Assembly: GCF_006345805.1 (NCBI RefSeq)
Contig: NC_042999.1
Coordinates: forward strand, 115,816,001 to 115,880,000
Length of the DNA: 64,000 nucleotides
Reading direction: 5' to 3'
From: Octopus sinensis
Taxonomy: Eukaryota
Position 1 is the first letter of the stretch. Each line of letters opens with the position of its first letter. Below, piece by piece: positions 38,819 through 51,720 of this stretch. The position numbers and the translations under genes are program-made. The notes beneath the pieces were generated by a model. That model made no database searches and was not told where the DNA came from. It worked only from the letters and a program-made list of their open reading frames with translations.

Positions 38819-39003
38819 CCCTTTTCGGAATTGCAAGGATTCACTAGGTTGGTGCGTCTCTTTAGTTTCCGTCGTTCTAATCGTGTGACAAACAATTCCA
38901 ACATTGGAAACGACTCTGTTGCATAAATATTTCTTCCAAATAATGAATTGAACTTAGGACTGCAAACCATCGAATATACTCGTCTATTCCATTGCAACTG
39001 TAC
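38819..39003 (-). CDS. Candidate exon on the minus strand, product unknown
   Basis: Acceptor TTATTCATTTATGCAG, donor GTAACA, open frame VQLQWNRRVYSMVCSPKFNSLFGRN...NSEK. Confidence 0.25.
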
Positions 39004-39217
39004 CTGCATAAATGAATAACACTGTCATATATATATATGTATGTATGCATACATGCATATTTGATATTTAATATGTATAATTATATATGTATATATATGT
39101 GTGTGTGTGTGTGTGCATATATATAGGTACATATTTGATTTTTAATATATATAATAATATATGTATATAAATATGTATGTATATATGTGTGTATTTATGT
39201 ATTTATGTATGTATGTA

Positions 39218-39342
<125 letters not shown>

Positions 39343-39344
39343 AG

Positions 39345-39740
39345 CAGCTATGCGATTAAGAAGTTCGGTTCGCAACCATATTGCTTCTGGTTCAGTCGCC
39401 CTTTGTGGCACTTTGGGCATGAGTTGCTTACTACTATTGTCCCAGGTCGACCAATACAATTGCGAGTGTATTTGGTAGAAACTGAATGGAGTCTCGTCGT
39501 ATGTATATGTGCGTGCGTTAGTACATGTATGTGCGGACGTGTGTGTGTGAGCGCGCATGCATGCGCATTTTTCTGTGTGTTTCTATCCGTAATGGTTTGT
39601 TTACGTCCTCGTCACCGAGCGGTTCAGCAAACTAGATGGTAGAATAAATATCAAGCTTTTACTGGGACGATTTGTTCGACTAAACACTTCAAGGTGGTGA
39701 CTTCAACATGGCCGCAATCCAATGATTGTAACAAATGAAA
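39345..39740 (+). mobile_element. SINE family A, diverged
   Basis: Colinear with 26143-26545. Confidence 0.75.
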
Positions 39741-40506
39741 AAATAAAAGAATTTGACCTCGTGTATGGTTTGAAAGTCAGAGGGCAGGGGTAATCAGAAA
39801 CGCAATTGAAAAAGCTTCATATAAAGAAATTTGCATTATTAGGAGGTTTATTTTCCATTCTTCAGAACTGTTCTAAAAATCCCAGCAGGCTTTGATCTTA
39901 TTAAATTCACAAGCCGTCCAGTCTCTACGTTGCTTGACGTGTTCTTCGTTTTCGCAGAAAATAATTGACAAAAGTTAGTTGCAGGGAAAATATCGAGTCT
40001 ACCTCCTCTGACTCAGGTTCTTTTTATCTTGGTTGCCCAGACTTTTATTTTGATATGTGTGTGTATGTGTGTGTGGGGGGGAGAGGTACTATGTATATGT
40101 TTGGTTGTGTGCTTATATATGGTGCATGGTGATTCTGTGGGCATATGTAGGTGTGGGTGTGTATGTGTATATTCGTGTGCGTTTGTTTGTGTGTGTACTG
40201 TGCGTGAATGTATGAGCGTGCATGATGGTCTGTATACGAGTTTGTGAGACGAATATGGATATGTATGTGTATGTGTGTTGCTTTAAGTCGGGAGCGAATA
40301 TACGTTTGTGCTGCTTTGTGTGTGTACGTGTGCAATTTAAAATTGCATTTTTGCATGAGTGCATATGTAATTTAAATTATGTTTTCCCTTTTTTGTCCAA
40401 GTACGTACCAGTGTGTGTAAGACTGATATGGATGTTTGTGTGCGTATATGTGCTGGTAAACGAATAGTGTACACGTCTCGGTTGTTTTGTGTGTGTATGT
40501 GTGTGT

Positions 40507-40546
<40 letters not shown>

Positions 40547-41222
40547 TGTGTGTGTGCATGCATATATAGTGAATAAAAGTTCTTACTATGGATAGAAACG
40601 AAAATTAATCCAAAATGATTGATTCTATGTGGAGTTGTGTCGGTGACCGGCATCTTATAAGATGAGAAAGTTCCTGTCAAAGCAAATTGGCATTTTTATT
40701 TTCGAAAGTCAGCCAGGGGACAGAAAGGCGAGTGTAAATATGTGTCCGTATGTGTGTGTGCGTGCGCGCGCGAACGGCGGAGCGAAGGTTAGTATTGTCG
40801 CTTATGTAATGGCTTGCTGGATGTGTGTGGGTGTGGCCTAAATATGTGTATATGTGTGTATGTACGTTTGTGTGTGCAGAGTGTGTTGAGGTGTGTGTGT
40901 GTGTGAGAGAGTGTGTATAAGTGTACCTCAGAATAATATGCATATATATGTATTAATATATATATTGGAAGCGTCTATGCGCTTGTGTTGTATTATCTGT
41001 GTGCGTTTACGAAGTTTATCGAAAAGACAGATGAGTGCGTTTAAGTGAGTGGATGTGTGGAACAGTTGATGGATAGTATAGATTGTGACGTGTATATGTA
41101 TATGAGTGTGTTATTGACGTATGTATACGTGCGTGTGTATGTATGTATATGTGTATACTCGTATATATATTGCTGTGCACTTCGGTTTTATTAATAGTGA
41201 TGTTAATAAAAACATACAGGTA

Positions 41223-41260
<38 letters not shown>

Positions 41261-41485
41261 TATATATATACATACAGAGAGAGAGAGAGAGGACGAGAGA
41301 GAGAGAGAGACATGTGTGTATTTTCCCTTGTTAGCAACACGGAAAAAATAGATAAATAGTTATCAGGGTAGCAAAAATTCACTCAAGTAAAAAGTGGTAA
41401 CTCCGGGTTTACGTGAAATATTTTGCATGATATATATATTAATAAATGAAAGGAGTTAAACGCAGGTGTTATTCAAATCTTTTTA

Positions 41486-41569
41486 CTTCCGATACATGTT
41501 TCGAAGATATCACTGGCATTATTCCAAAGGAACAAAATGGTGTAAAACAATGTAATTTTTTTCAAGGAA
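41486..41569 (-). ncRNA. Hammerhead motif in pLTR (degenerate, TTGAAAA core)
   Basis: Minus strand TTCC-TTGAAAA..TCTTC-GAAACATGTATC-GGAAG; the 5' strand of stem II has collapsed to an A run. Confidence 0.55.
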
Positions 41570-43486
41570 TGAAATGAAGAAATGAAACTCGTGAATAAGA
41601 TATTTTAACAGAATATGATGGATACGTATAGTGATTAACTGAACGCTATTAAGTTTGTTTTAAAAAAAACGTTACAAGATATAACGTCAAAGGTAGCCTA
41701 TAGAAAGAAGAGGGTTAAGGGAAAGATAAAACCAAATAAATGAGAAGAATATAAGGATATGTAAATTAAATAAAACTCTAAAGTCTTGGAAAAAGATATA
41801 TCTAGTGAATGTGAAATGTAAGAAGAAAATTAATGTGTAAATTATATATAATGATATATATCACTTATATGAACTAAAGGTGTTTTTCTGCCAATGTTTA
41901 CATCGGTATGCACGCTCTATAACCGTGTTTACAAGGAGATTTTTAGAAAAAAAAAAGTTCAGAATTACAGAGAAGACAGAATTCCTTGCCTTTATCATAA
42001 GGTATGGAAATTAAAAGAATCAACCAATCTAAATAAATTGTATCGTGTCTTTAGATACCAAATTCATTTACTAAGCCTAGTACTGTTACGTTTATTCCTA
42101 TCCCTAAGTGTAGAGTAATGATTAGAAATTATTTTAGATAAGTGAGAAGATGACTGCCTATATAAAAAAATACTTCATTACCAGAAGTAATTTTACACTT
42201 GTATATAGAATTTTTAATTTTAGAGTTACTTGACATAAACTTGATTCTGTTGTAATTGACTTGATATAAATAACATTGTTATTAGTATTTCTAGGTGGAT
42301 GGATGGTATTAGCTAAATTGATATTAGTATTAGCAAATGTATCCCTATTTAACAGGCTAATATTATGTGAGGAGATAATTTGTAAGAGAATTTTGCGTTG
42401 GAAAAACCAATCCTAACTGTGTGTGAGTTGATAATAGAGTAATACCTAGAATTCTTTGGAAAATTCCTAATGATAACTTCACGAAACTGCAGAGGAAGAT
42501 TAGATTTCATTTGCCTCCCATAAGGAATAATAAACCAAATGGTTTTACTATTAGTTACCTTATTTTTATTGTAACTATCTTTGAAAGACATAGATTTACC
42601 TTTAGAAAGAAAATAGGAGTTTAAATAAGGGTTATCTCTCTTCCTCTGTTTGGTGTTTGGTGTATAAATTAAAATTGATATCGTTTATATCCTTACAGCT
42701 AGATCTCATATCTCCATTAGTAAAGGTAGAATAAGAGTGAATGGAATTAATGTAGGTAACTTTCTCTGTATAACCTTCTTTAAGTAAGGCAGAGTTATAG
42801 AATTCGGCCTTATCATTCAAAATGTTAACATTAGCAGATAACTTAGACAATCTAAATGAAATATTCTTAACTAAGTTCCTAATAATTGTCCTAGACTGAT
42901 TATTGAATTTGCCAATATACTTAAGATTGATCAATGGTTTGTGGTATGGGAAGTACGAATTATTGTGTAAGTTAAGTGTAATATCTAAAAAGTTGGCCTT
43001 CGTTACATCATCATCAAAAACGATGCTTAAGCCCATTCTACGAAAAACTTAACTAAACAATTCTTACTTTTTGTACTTTTGGGTCGGAAACATTTTGAGG
43101 TTAAAGTAAACAATCATCAGGATATAGACCTCCATTTATGTTTGGGAACTGTTCTGCCATTTCAAAAAGTATGTACATACAGACTAAATCAGCTACTTGT
43201 GCCCGATCAGAACTACCCGTTGATACATCGAAAACATCTGGTGTGTCTTTACGGACCCACAACTTATTGTCAAACTTTATGATAGATTTTCTGGTGAAAC
43301 CAAAACAATACATCTCATTTATTTGTTTTCTTCTTTCCTTTACCTCTCCTTTTCTATAAGCTACCTTTGACGTTATATCCTATAGCGTTTTTTTTTAAAC
43401 AAATTTAATAGCGCTCAGTTGATCACATACGTATCCATCATATTCTGTTACTTTAAAATGTTTTATTAACGAGTTTCATTTCTTCA

Positions 43487-43573
43487 TTTCCTTGAAGAGA
43501 GGATTACATTGTTTTACACCATTTTATTCCTTGGGAATAATACCAGTGATATCTTCGAAACATGTGTCGGAAG
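43487..43573 (+). ncRNA. Type I hammerhead with branched long stem II in inverted pLTR
   Basis: TTTCC-TTGAAGA(43492-98)-GAGGA..TCTTC-GAA-ACATGTGT-C(43568)-GGAAG. Confidence 0.75.
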
Positions 43574-43616
43574 TAAAAGAATTTGAATATCACCTGCGTT
43601 TAACTATATATATATA

Positions 43617-43665
<49 letters not shown>

Positions 43666-43876
43666 ACAGAGAGAGAGAGAGAGCTAGAGAGAGAGAGAGA
43701 GATGTGGTGTATTTTTCCCTTGTTAGCAACACGGAAAAAATAGATAAATAGTTATCAGGGTAGCAAAAATTCACTCAAGTAAAAAGTGTAACTCCGGGTT
43801 TACGTGAAATATTTTGCATGATATATATATTAATAAATGAAAGGAGTTAAACGCAGGTGTTATTCAAATTCTTTTA

Positions 43877-43963
43877 CTTCCGATACATGTTTCGAAGATA
43901 TCACTGGCATTATTCCAAAGGAACAAAATGGTGTAAAACAATGTAATCTTCTTTTCAAGGAAA
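43877..43963 (-). ncRNA. Hammerhead motif in pLTR (U3:A8 core, AUC site)
   Basis: Minus strand TTTCC-TTGAAAA-GAAGA..TCTTC-GAA-ACATGTAT-C-GGAAG. Confidence 0.65.
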
Positions 43964-45873
43964 TGAAGAAATGAAACTCGTGAATAAGATATTTTAACAG
44001 AATATGATGGATACGTATAGTGATTAACTGAACGCTATTAAGTTTGTTTTAAAAAAAACGTTACAAGATATAACGTCAAAGGTAGCCTATAGAAAGAAGA
44101 GGGTTAAGGGAAAGATAAAACCAAATAAATGAGAAGAATATAAGGATATGTAATTAAATAAAACTCTAAGTCTTGGAAAAAGATATATCTAGTGAATGTG
44201 AAATGTAAGAAGAAAATTAATGTGTAAATTATATATAATGATATATATCACTTATATGAACTAAAGGTGTTTTTCTGCCAATGTTTACATCGGTATGCAC
44301 GCTCTATAACCGTGTTTACAAGGAGATTTTTAGAAAAAAAAAAGTTCAGAATTACAGAGAAGACAGAATTCCTTGCCTTTATCATAAGGTATGGAAATTA
44401 AAAGAATCAACCAATCTAAATTAAATTGTTTATCGTGGTCTTTTAGATACCAAATTCATTTACTAAGCCTAGTACTGTTACGTTTATTCCTATCCCTAAG
44501 TGTAGAGTAATGATTAGAAATTATTTTAGATAAGTGAGAAGATGAACTGCCTATATAAAAAAATACTTCATTACCAGAAGTAATTTTACACTTGTATATA
44601 GAATTTTTAATTTTAGAGTTACTTGACATAAACTTGATTCTGTTGTAATTGACTTGATATAAATAACATTGTTATTAGTATTTCTAGGTGGATGGATGGT
44701 ATTAGCTAAATTGATATTAGTATTAGCAAATGTATCCCTATTTAACAGGCTAATATTATGTGAGGAGATAATTTGTAAGAGAATTTTGCGTTGGAAAAAC
44801 CAATCCTAACTGTGTGTGAGTTGATAATAGAGTAATACCTAGAATTCTTTGGAAAATTCCTAATGATAACTTCACGAAACTGCAGAGAAGATTAGATTTC
44901 ATTTGCCTCCCATAAGGAATAATAACCAAATGGTTTTACTATTAGTTACCTTATTTTTATTGTAACTATCTTTGAAAGACATAGATTTACCTTTAGAAAG
45001 AAAATAGGAGTTTAAATAAGGGTTATCTCTCTTCCTCTGTTTGGTGTTGTTTGGTATAAATTAAAATTGATATCGTTTATATCCTTACAGCTAGATCTCA
45101 TATCTCCATTAGTAAAGGTAGAATAAGAGTGAATGGAATTAATGTAGGTAACTTTCTCTGTATAACCTTCTTTAAGTAAGGCAGAGTTATAGAATTCGGC
45201 CTTATCATTCAAAATGTTAACATTAGCAGATAACTTAGACAATCTAAATGAAATATTCTTAACTAAGTTCCTAATAATTGTCCTAGACTGATTATTGAAT
45301 TTGCCAATATACTTAAGATTGATCATGGTTTGTGGTATGGGAAGTACGAATTATTGTGTAGTTAAGTGTAATATCTAAAAAGTTGGCCTTCGTTACATCA
45401 TCATCAAAAACGATGCTTAAGCCCATTCTACGAAAAACTTAACTAAACAATTCTTACTTTTTGTACTTTTGGGTCGGAAACATTTTGAGGTTAAAGTAAA
45501 CAATCATCAGGATATAGACCTCCATTTATGTTTGGGAACTGTTCTGCCATTTCAAAAAGTATGTACATACAGACTAAATCAGCTACTTGTGCCCGATCAG
45601 AACTACCCGTTGATACATCGAAAACATCTGGTGTGTCTTTACGGACCCACAACTTATTGTCAAACTTTATGATAGATTTTCTGGTGAAACCAAAACAATA
45701 CATCTCATTTATTTGTTTTCTTCTTTCCTTTACCTCTCCTCTTTCTATAAGCTACCTTTGACGTTATATCCTATAGCGTTTTTTTTTAAACAAATTTAAT
45801 AGCGCTCAGTTGATCACTATACGTATCCATCATATTCTGTTAAAATGTTTTATTAACGAGTTTCATTTCTTCA

Positions 45874-45960
45874 TTTCCTTGAAGAGAGGATTACATTGTT
45901 TTACACCATTTTATTCCTTTGGAATAATACCAGTGATATCTTCGAAACATGTGTCGGAAG
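45874..45960 (+). ncRNA. Type I hammerhead in inverted pLTR of copy 2
   Basis: Same as 43487-43573; cleavage C at 45955. Confidence 0.75.
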
Positions 45961-46219
45961 TAAAAGAATTTGAATATCACCTGCGTTTAACTATTATATA
46001 TTATATATATATATATATAATATATATATATATTATATATATATAATATACGTATGTATGTATGTATATTTATATATGTATATAAAATTAACATCGATAT
46101 TAATAGGTTATTGCCATGAAAGATAAATTTTTTAAAGTTTGAGTTGAAGCCAATGGTGTGCCATACACCAACCCGCTAAATCTATTATGTTATAGTGAAA
46201 AAATGTCTTACTGAAGCGT

Positions 46220-46330
46220 ATAGGTTTTAGTTAACTCGTTAGTGGACCGGAAAAAATGCTTAGCAGCATATCTTCCCGCTTTACGTTCTGAGTTCAAATT
46301 CCGCCGAGGTCAACCTTGTCTCTCGCCCTT
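46220..46330 (+). mobile_element. SINE family B fragment
   Basis: TTACGTTCTGAGTTCAAATTCCGCCGAGGTCAAC. Confidence 0.75.
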
Positions 46331-46619
46331 TCCAGATCGCCCCTAGTTTTAAAAAAATTGTTTTTGATATTTCTTTTTAAAACCAAAACAATGCATTTTA
46401 TAAAAATAATACAAGTCACCAATCTTAACTGGTATTTCAACATCTCAAGTTGGAGCCTCATTATTATGAAACCTTTGGAAAAGGTTCTTCTGTGTCCTGT
46501 TGTGTTTGGTTATATGAAGGGTCATTATGCGTTTCTATAATAACCAATCAACCGTGTACAGTTCTGATATGTTATTAATATGTGGTGTGTATTTCTTAAG
46601 ATAACTTCTTTTACTCTCA

Positions 46620-46995
46620 ACAACTACATGTTGTGGAAATCCGCTGCCCTCTGGACGCCATTGTAGTTCGAAAAATACAAGAGAACAAAGACATCTATGA
46701 ACCATTGATAAGGAGTTTGCAAATCCAGTACCCAAGATACACTATCAGCTATCTACCTATTATCATCGGAGCAACAGGATACATACTAACCCGTCTGGAG
46801 CAAAGTATGGCTGAATTTAGGATCTTGATGAGAGAACGCAAGTCCTTAATTCATACACTACAAATGGGCACGGTATCTGAGACTATAAAAACCTGCAAGA
46901 CCTTCTAAAGATTCAAAGGATGATGGTTAAAACAACCTCGATACCAAGTAGGTGGCCAGTCAAAATTTGCTCCAAATTAAAAAGAGACAAAGATC
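46620..46995 (+). mobile_element. 3' end of an RLE-clade non-LTR retrotransposon
   Basis: ORF 46633-46908 VEIRCPLD..KDIYEPLIRSLQ..LPIIIGATG..KTCKTF* (PD-(D/E)xK endonuclease C-terminus); 3' UTR ends at (CA)n. Confidence 0.75.
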
Positions 46996-47041
46996 AAACA
47001 CACACACACACACACGCGCACACACGCACACACACGCATAA

Positions 47042-47093
<52 letters not shown>

Positions 47094-47849
47094 CAAATTT
47101 AACTGTAACAAGAGAACATTTACAGATGGAATGATTAGTGGAAAAAGTCAAGTAAAACTTATAAAATTTGTCTTGAGTGGAGACTTTAACTTCCGTTCGA
47201 CGGTTTAATTAACCAGTCTGGTTGAATAGGTCTTCAGGCGGAACTTAGTCAAAACGAATCATGTGAGTGTGTACGCACGCCAAAACACACACACACATAC
47301 ACACACACGCACACACACACACACACATACACACACACATACACACATATACACACACACACACTTATACTCACAGATAAAAGCAAATAGATTTAAGTCA
47401 GTAATTTGTTTGTTAGACCATGAATATATATCCGCTTATATGTTTGTGGAAACTTGTCTCGATACAGTCACTATCAATAATTTGAAGCAAAACCATACAT
47501 TAATATATAATATTCCCTCTTAATTTCTTCCTAATATCTTCCTTCCAATATGGTGGATATAAAGTTAAGACGATGTAAAAGGCAGTCGCTCTAGAGTCGA
47601 GAACATTTAAATAACTCAGAATGAACAATCGAAACAATACTGGTTAACTGATTGACTGTAACAAATCTAATAATGTTTCGACACAGTATAGAGTAACTTA
47701 CGAAAAGTGTAATGTGGTGTGAGACAGTTAGGAAAAGGAAGCCGCGGATCATGCGAAGTGGTTCTCAAAAGAGAGGCAGATGATGTGTCATGGAGACTTT
47801 AAAAAATGCACAAAACAAGGGGATGTCTTTTTATTAATTAATTTCTGGA

Positions 47850-47889
47850 ATTATTCTTCCCTCTCTCTTTCTCTCCATCTCTTTCTTTC

Positions 47890-47924
<35 letters not shown>

Positions 47925-47947
47925 ATGTATACAAATATATACGTGTA

Positions 47948-48015
<68 letters not shown>

Positions 48016-48302
48016 TATGTGTATGTATGTGTGTGTGTGTATGTATGCGTGTTTATGTGTGTGTTTAAAACAGTAAAGGGTATTCAGAAATCCGAATGGT
48101 TACCCTTAGTCAGCACTCCTACGAACACTGGTTAATAGAGTGCAGAGAAACGGGGAGTTTTCCTTAAAGGAAACCATTTCACACAAACCGTGCCATACAG
48201 TCTTAAAAATACACACACGCACACAGATAGACAGCAGATAGATAAATATTAATTTCTGACATTATTCTTCCCCCTCTCTCTTTCTCTCCATCTCTTTCTT
48301 TC

Positions 48303-48337
<35 letters not shown>

Positions 48338-48360
48338 ATGTATACAAATATATACGTGTA

Positions 48361-48424
<64 letters not shown>

Positions 48425-48700
48425 TATGTGTATGTATGTGTGTGTGTGTATGTATGCGTGTTTATGTGTGTGTTTAAAACAGTAAAGGGTATTCAGAAAT
48501 CCGAATGGTTACCCTTAGTCAGCACTCCTACGAACACTGGTTAATAGAGTGCAGAGAAACGGGGAGTTTTCCTTAAAGGAAACCATTTCACACAAACCGT
48601 GCCATACAGTCTTAAAAATACACACACGCACACAGATAGACAGCAGATAGATAAATATTAATTTCTGACATTATTCTTCCCCCTCTCTCTTTCTCTCTCT
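47850..48700. repeat. ~410-bp tandem duplication (two full units plus the start of a third)
   Basis: ATTATTCTTCCC..TCTCTC starts at ~47850, ~48261 and ~48670; GTAAAGGGTATTCAGAAATCCGAATGG occurs twice. Confidence 0.9.
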
Positions 48701-48718
48701 CTCTGTATATTTATAAAG

Positions 48719-48788
<70 letters not shown>

Positions 48789-49149
48789 TGTGTGTGTGTG
48801 TGTGTTTGCGTGTGTGTGTGTCTGTGTCTGTATGTGTTTAAAACAAATTAAGTATAATTTTCATATTTTCATATATATAAATGTTTTTAATATTTCTTTT
48901 AAAGCCAAACAATGCAAGTTAGAAAAATAATACAGGCTGATAGTTGTAACTGGTATTTCAGCTCAGAACTCTTTTATAAGGGAACTTTTAGAGAAAAATT
49001 GTTATTAACTGACGTCTCTGTCCTGTAGTGTTTGTATATGAATGGTTGTTAGGCGTTACAATAGTAACCAGTCAGCCGCTTGGTGTGCAATTCTCAATTA
49101 AAATAGTTTCTTCAACGACTGTATGCTAATGCTTCATCCGTCAAAAACA

Positions 49150-49700
49150 TCTAGACATACCACATCGAAGACATTCACGTTTCCATTGAAGCTACAGAAG
49201 AAGAAAACATTGAGAATCCGTTAAGACTTGTGTGGATTTACTTCCGAATCAACTTTGGATAGTGCTTGGACGACTTGGGTCAAACAAACAACAACGATCC
49301 ACAGACATTGTAGTCATCCAAATACCAAACATTGAGAGACAGGTTTATAATTTTAACTACCTTGTTAATACCTAAATCAAAGACTGCCGTGACTGGGTCA
49401 TTAACTAAGGCTGGTAGTAAATAAATCTGTAGTAACATAGTTGTTGACTGTAAGTTTGATAATTGTGGTAGAGTCACTACTATTGTTTCAGTATGAGGCA
49501 GGCAAATTTTGCACCTGCTCAGTTCATTGCTATGGTTGAATGCATTGATTGTAGACAGCAATTCAACTTTCACTCATCTAACTTCCTTTTGGATTCTGGG
49601 TATCAAAATTCTCATCAACATTGGTGAAAACCAAATGAGTTGGGCAACTGCAGCTGTAACACGACCATTTTATCAATTCGGGTGACGTAGATAGCGTATT
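49150..49700 (-). mobile_element. Decayed CRE-like non-LTR reverse transcriptase fragment
   Basis: ..INAFN..; DPVTAVFDLGINKVV..LNVWYLDD, with NVWYLDD typical of CRE-clade RT. Confidence 0.6.
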
Positions 49701-51029
49701 CTATCTTTTTTACAATTAATCCTGGCGATTACTTGCATGCGCTACTCTGGTACTACTGGTTGCTGCTCAAATTAGCATCCTGGTCAGCTTGGCTGGTTGA
49801 TGTTTAATGTTGGTGTGAGATTTTTATATGTGGCTCAACCTGGGGTTGAGATGTTATCAAATACATAAATTTTGCCAAGGGTACGTAAAAGAACGTATGC
49901 ATAATTGATATTACAAAGTTTTTCATCGATATTAATTCAGATGAACTGTAGTTGCCGTAATAATTATGTGGAGATACTGACAATAGAGGTTCAAAGCTGT
50001 CTTTCTAAGGATTCCGTTTCCGAACTACGTTGTTCCCGTATTTACCTCTTTTTGGTAAGCTGATTGTAATATTCTCCTGTCACGAAATTAATTATATCTC
50101 AGGACACGGTCAATAGTATTTCTGTTGTGGAAATTTATATTCATAGACATTGAAAGAAAGAAAAGGATGAAATAAGTAAGAAAGGAAGAACGAAAAGAAG
50201 GTTAGAAGAAAGAAAGGAAGAACGAAAAGAAAGAAAGAAAGAAAGAAAGACAGAAAGAAATAAGGAAAGAAAGAATAAATAAATGAATGAATGAAAAGAG
50301 AACTATGTTACTGAACGGAAAGAAAAGAGGAACTGTATTGTTGAAAGTGACAGTTATTTGTGTTTAACTGTTACTCAGCAAAAATACAACGCTCACATCC
50401 ATACACACACACGTACATACAAGACTCTCTCTCTCATACACACAACACTCTCGCCTACAACCCCCCCCACCACACACACACAGACAATATTCACGCGCAT
50501 ACATGCGTGTATGTGTGTATGTGTGTTATGAGAGTATGTGCATCTATGAATAAATACTAACATGATGAACTTATTTCGTATTTAAATTTCTAATCTTTGG
50601 TGTTTTATTATGGAATTTCACGCCAAAAAGCTTTTAATGGGAAAATCTGGAAGGCATGAATGGTTGGTTACCTAAATTAGACTTCAGCTTTGGTCAAGTC
50701 AATATAGCTACCTGTAGATTAGCTGTTTCTGTCAAAATCAAGTTTGCTGCCAGTTCTTAGATAAAACTATTTCTTACACCCTTCGAAATAGTAACGGAAA
50801 TCAAAAGGTTATCCTATTTAACTAGATTTATTACAGAAACAATGACAGAATGTGCCATCTTCTGTTCACAAATATTGATTTATTTCCGTATTTTGTTTTA
50901 AAAATATATTTTATTATAGTTTAGTCAGAACAAAGTTCTGTGTCGATGAGCAATATAGGCCACTAGAGGCCGGTGGGATTGATATAGTCAATCGTCAGTT
51001 TGAATATCTCTTAAAAGACGTTTTTAGAA

Positions 51030-51720
51030 AACAAAATGTAGATAAGAAGGAAACACGGGAATGTTGACATTCTATGGAAGAAATATTGGGTATAGTCGCC
51101 GGTGTGGAGCTGGAAGTAAAGGCAAAGTATAGGTGAAGAGAGAAGAGAAGACTGACATGTCGGGGTAGATTTGGGTAGACGTATCATGTAGTTAGCTAGC
51201 TCTGAAAAATAGACGTGGTAGTGACAAAATAGAGAGAGTGAAAAAACAACGCATCTGTGGGACACAAGTTTAAGTTTGTTGATGAGTGAATCGCTACCAA
51301 TTAGTTGGATGACTTTATTTTCGATTCATTCTAGGATATCTGCCTGTGCAGCAGCATCACCGTCACAGATTGAGGAGCAATATTTCATGACAGGTCACTA
51401 TTGGGCTTTGTAGTTAGTCGACGACTGTTCAGGTTTGAAGATTTTATGACTCTGAAGAAGCAATCTAATCTTTTGGAAACCTGTCATAATTTGTTCCCGA
51501 TTTAGGACTTGCAGACGAGATATTCAGTGACGGTCTAGAATAGGTGACCATCTGAGGGTTTTAATTGCGAGTTGTCCAAGTCTAAAGAAGGTGAAACACA
51601 ATATTGTTTCATTGATGGTTGTGTATTTGTATAATTGACAGTCCCATGTTCTGTTGACATTAATCTTCTGCCATCAATACATTATTCTTTACTCATGAAT
51701 TCTAAATGTGTATTTTTGTA
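51030..51720 (-). mobile_element. CR1/L2-type LINE ORF2 3' fragment
   Basis: Minus strand FKPEQ..YKAQ..PVMKYCSSI..IQLIG..SHRCVVFSLSLF..SELA. Confidence 0.75.

Larger units (their letters stand above)
41454..43605 (-). mobile_element. 5'-truncated Penelope-like element with inverted pLTR (copy 1)
   Basis: Minus-strand fragments FDVSTGSSDRAQVADLVCMYIL..GGLYPDDCL (PLE RT, YRDD type), IWFIIPY, CKITSGNEVFFYIGS (GIY-YIG), PYDKGKEFCLLC; ~290-bp inverted arms at 41454-41745 and 43313-43605. Confidence 0.9.
43845..45992 (-). mobile_element. Penelope-like element, tandem copy 2 (offset ~2390 bp)
   Basis: Near-identical to copy 1 including its left flank; the ORF 45491-45703 is identical to 43101-43313. 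Confidence 0.9.

Noticed and set aside
51446-51490. TTATGAC-T-CTGAAGA...GAAACCT-GTCATAA hammerhead look-alike
   Set aside because: No stem II and no proper NUH site; it lies antisense within CR1/L2 ORF2 coding sequence, so it is treated as coincidental.
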